A DNA stretch of 17,379 nt, taken from assembly GCA_050298055.1 (NCBI GenBank), contig JBNKTL010000065.1, positions 1 through 17,379 of the forward strand, given 5' to 3'. This DNA comes from Spirochaetota bacterium. Its GTDB lineage: Bacteria > Spirochaetota > UBA4802 > UBA5550. Shown in pieces: positions 15,944 to 17,379 of the stretch. The translations under genes and the position numbers were made by a program. The notes under the pieces were generated by a model that searched no databases, had not been told where the DNA came from, and worked only from the letters and a program-made list of their open reading frames with translations. How positions within the stretch are numbered: position 1 is the first letter of the stretch; the number at the start of each line of letters is the position of its first letter.

Positions 15944-17164
15944 ATGAATAAATCATCGACGTTTATGTTTTATTTTTTATTATTTTTTTGTATATCATGT
16001 AATAGAAATGAAAATTATTTGTATTTAAATAAATTTAGTGGCGTTGCATTATATTCAGGCAAAAGTTCAGGGAGTCCTGTTATTACATATATTCCATATG
16101 GACATAAATTGAAGTTATTGAAAAATGAAAAACTACTTAACAAAACCAAAAGTGGTGGCAGCATAACTGACTTATATCATATCACCTTTAATAATCATAC
16201 AGGCTGGATTTTTGAAAAACCTTCAAAAAGTAAGCCAGATATGAATCTTTATTATAAAGTTGTTACTGGAAGCGGCCTCTTTTTGAGAAAAGAACCTTCT
16301 GTTAATGCGAAAGCTATTCTCTTAATACCGTACTTATCAAAAGATAAAGTTTTAAAAATTAGTAATGTCTGGCATAAAATTGGAAACAAAATTGCTTTTT
16401 GGGCTAATGTAAGATATAAAAATTATACAGGATGGATTTTTACTGCTTTTGTGGAAATTCAATCTCTTGAATCTCTAAACAATAAAGATTTTCATGAGTG
16501 GAGTTATTATGATGATTTTAAATTTGATGAATTAAATAAATATGAAAAAATATCTGATTTAAGCAGTTATAATGTCAAGACTCATAATTACAATAATTTC
16601 CAAATCACTATTTGTAGTCCCAAGAAGCATAATATTGGTAATAATATATTATTACTTTTTAAAAATTTAAAAACAAATAAAACCTTTTACAGTGATAAAT
16701 ACTCAATAATTCATAAAATTCAATTTAACTATCCACTAGAAAACTCAGTGTTAATGAGAGTAAATTCATGTTCTTCTTGTGATGAATATGAATTTAATGA
16801 AGTGTTTTTACTGGAAGATAATTCTATTAAACATTTTAGTTTTGAAAGTACTAAATTTAATTCATTTTGCCAAAATAATTTTGGTATGTATGATCCAACC
16901 AATAATTATCGAATAAATAAAACAGATACAGAAAAAACATCATTATACATTTATAAAAAACATGTATCATGTAATGATAATTCAATAAAAAGTCCTCTAA
17001 TATGTTGTGAAGATAATTCATATTATAATAATAAATATTTTAATAATGAAATTTTTATTGTAATTAAAAATGTAAATGGGAAATTCACAAGTAATTTTAT
17101 AGTAGACTCTGGTGTTATGAAGGAATATGATAAAGAATGGTCTAGTTCAAAAATTTTAAAATAA
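15944..17164 (+). CDS. Lipoprotein with two bacterial SH3-like domains and a Cys-containing C-terminal region
   Basis: RBS GAGGAG; lipobox-like FFCISC; two repeats of the form SG(V/L)xL...P/S...IPY......(T)GWIF; C-terminal CSSC and CC. Confidence 0.75.
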   Translation: MNKSSTFMFYFLLFFCISCNRNENYLYLNKFSGVALYSGKSSGSPVITYIPYGHKLKLLKNEKLLNKTKSGGSITDLYHITFNNHTGWIFEKPSKSKPDMNLYYKVVTGSGLFLRKEPSVNAKAILLIPYLSKDKVLKISNVWHKIGNKIAFWANVRYKNYTGWIFTAFVEIQSLESLNNKDFHEWSYYDDFKFDELNKYEKISDLSSYNVKTHNYNNFQITICSPKKHNIGNNILLLFKNLKTNKTFYSDKYSIIHKIQFNYPLENSVLMRVNSCSSCDEYEFNEVFLLEDNSIKHFSFESTKFNSFCQNNFGMYDPTNNYRINKTDTEKTSLYIYKKHVSCNDNSIKSPLICCEDNSYYNNKYFNNEIFIVIKNVNGKFTSNFIVDSGVMKEYDKEWSSSKILK

Positions 17165-17228
17165 TTGTGGAATAACATAAGTAAAATAACAGATATATGC
17201 ATCTTATTGATTGTAAAAAAGAGGAGCT

Positions 17229-17302
17229 ATGATGCTGGATGAGAAGGATTTTTCCCTCTTTTGTGCCGGCGGATACCGGTTTGAAGATACAGTAGCCCCT
17301 AT
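17229..17302 (+). pseudogene. 5' fragment of a gene apparently interrupted by the IS end
   Basis: RBS GAGGAG then ATG at 17229 (MMLDEKDFSLFCAGGYRFEDTVAP...). The frame runs into the IS terminus at 17303 and stops at TGA 17352-17354. Confidence 0.4.
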
Positions 17303-17379
17303 TGTCAATTTTCACGATATTGACCCCCTCGTAATCGCAATGCTGACCCCCTGAAAATCGGTATACTGACCCCTCTTAA
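17303..17379. mobile_element. Terminal inverted repeat of an IS21-family insertion sequence (truncated by the window end)
   Basis: Begins TGTCAA… and carries TGACCCC repeats at 17321, 17344 and 17367 (exact 23-nt period), matching the multi-site architecture of IS21-family ends. Confidence 0.7.

Noticed and set aside
17321..17375. CRISPR array interpretation of the TGACCCC repeats
   Set aside because: The repeats are only about 7-10 nt with a 23-nt period, too short for repeat-spacer units, and no cas genes are present.

Overview
The window is bacterial, possibly from an anaerobic spirochaete-like organism (inferred only from the style of the SH3-domain lipoprotein at the right end). It has four parts. 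(1) 1-4173 (+): 3' end of a DUF362-like gene, a 141-bp element bounded by inverted repeats, then carA directly coupled to a class II B12-dependent ribonucleotide reductase (nrdJ). (2) 4208-13765 (-): a co-oriented chalcogen (S/Se) island of about 9.5 kb. In transcription order it encodes a lipoprotein rhodanese, a LysR regulator, a cysteine desulfurase/selenocysteine lyase-like enzyme, YedF, DUF3343, a polysulfide/thiosulfate reductase-like PsrABC, two YeeE/YedE transporter subunits and a membrane-anchored rhodanese with a C-terminal Cys tail. The main hidden signal is that the second YeeE/YedE gene, split into two ORFs in the track, is a single 202-aa reading frame. An in-frame UGA replaces the Cys of the GYCPG motif (GY-U-PG) and is followed by a bacterial SECIS-like hairpin, so it is a probable selenoprotein transporter subunit. 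(3) 14051-17164 (+): three AT-rich secreted or lipoprotein genes. (4) 17229-17379: a gene start interrupted by what looks like an IS21-family terminal repeat at the window end. A diverged ~85-nt structured repeat occurs both inside the inverted-repeat element and in the psrA leader.
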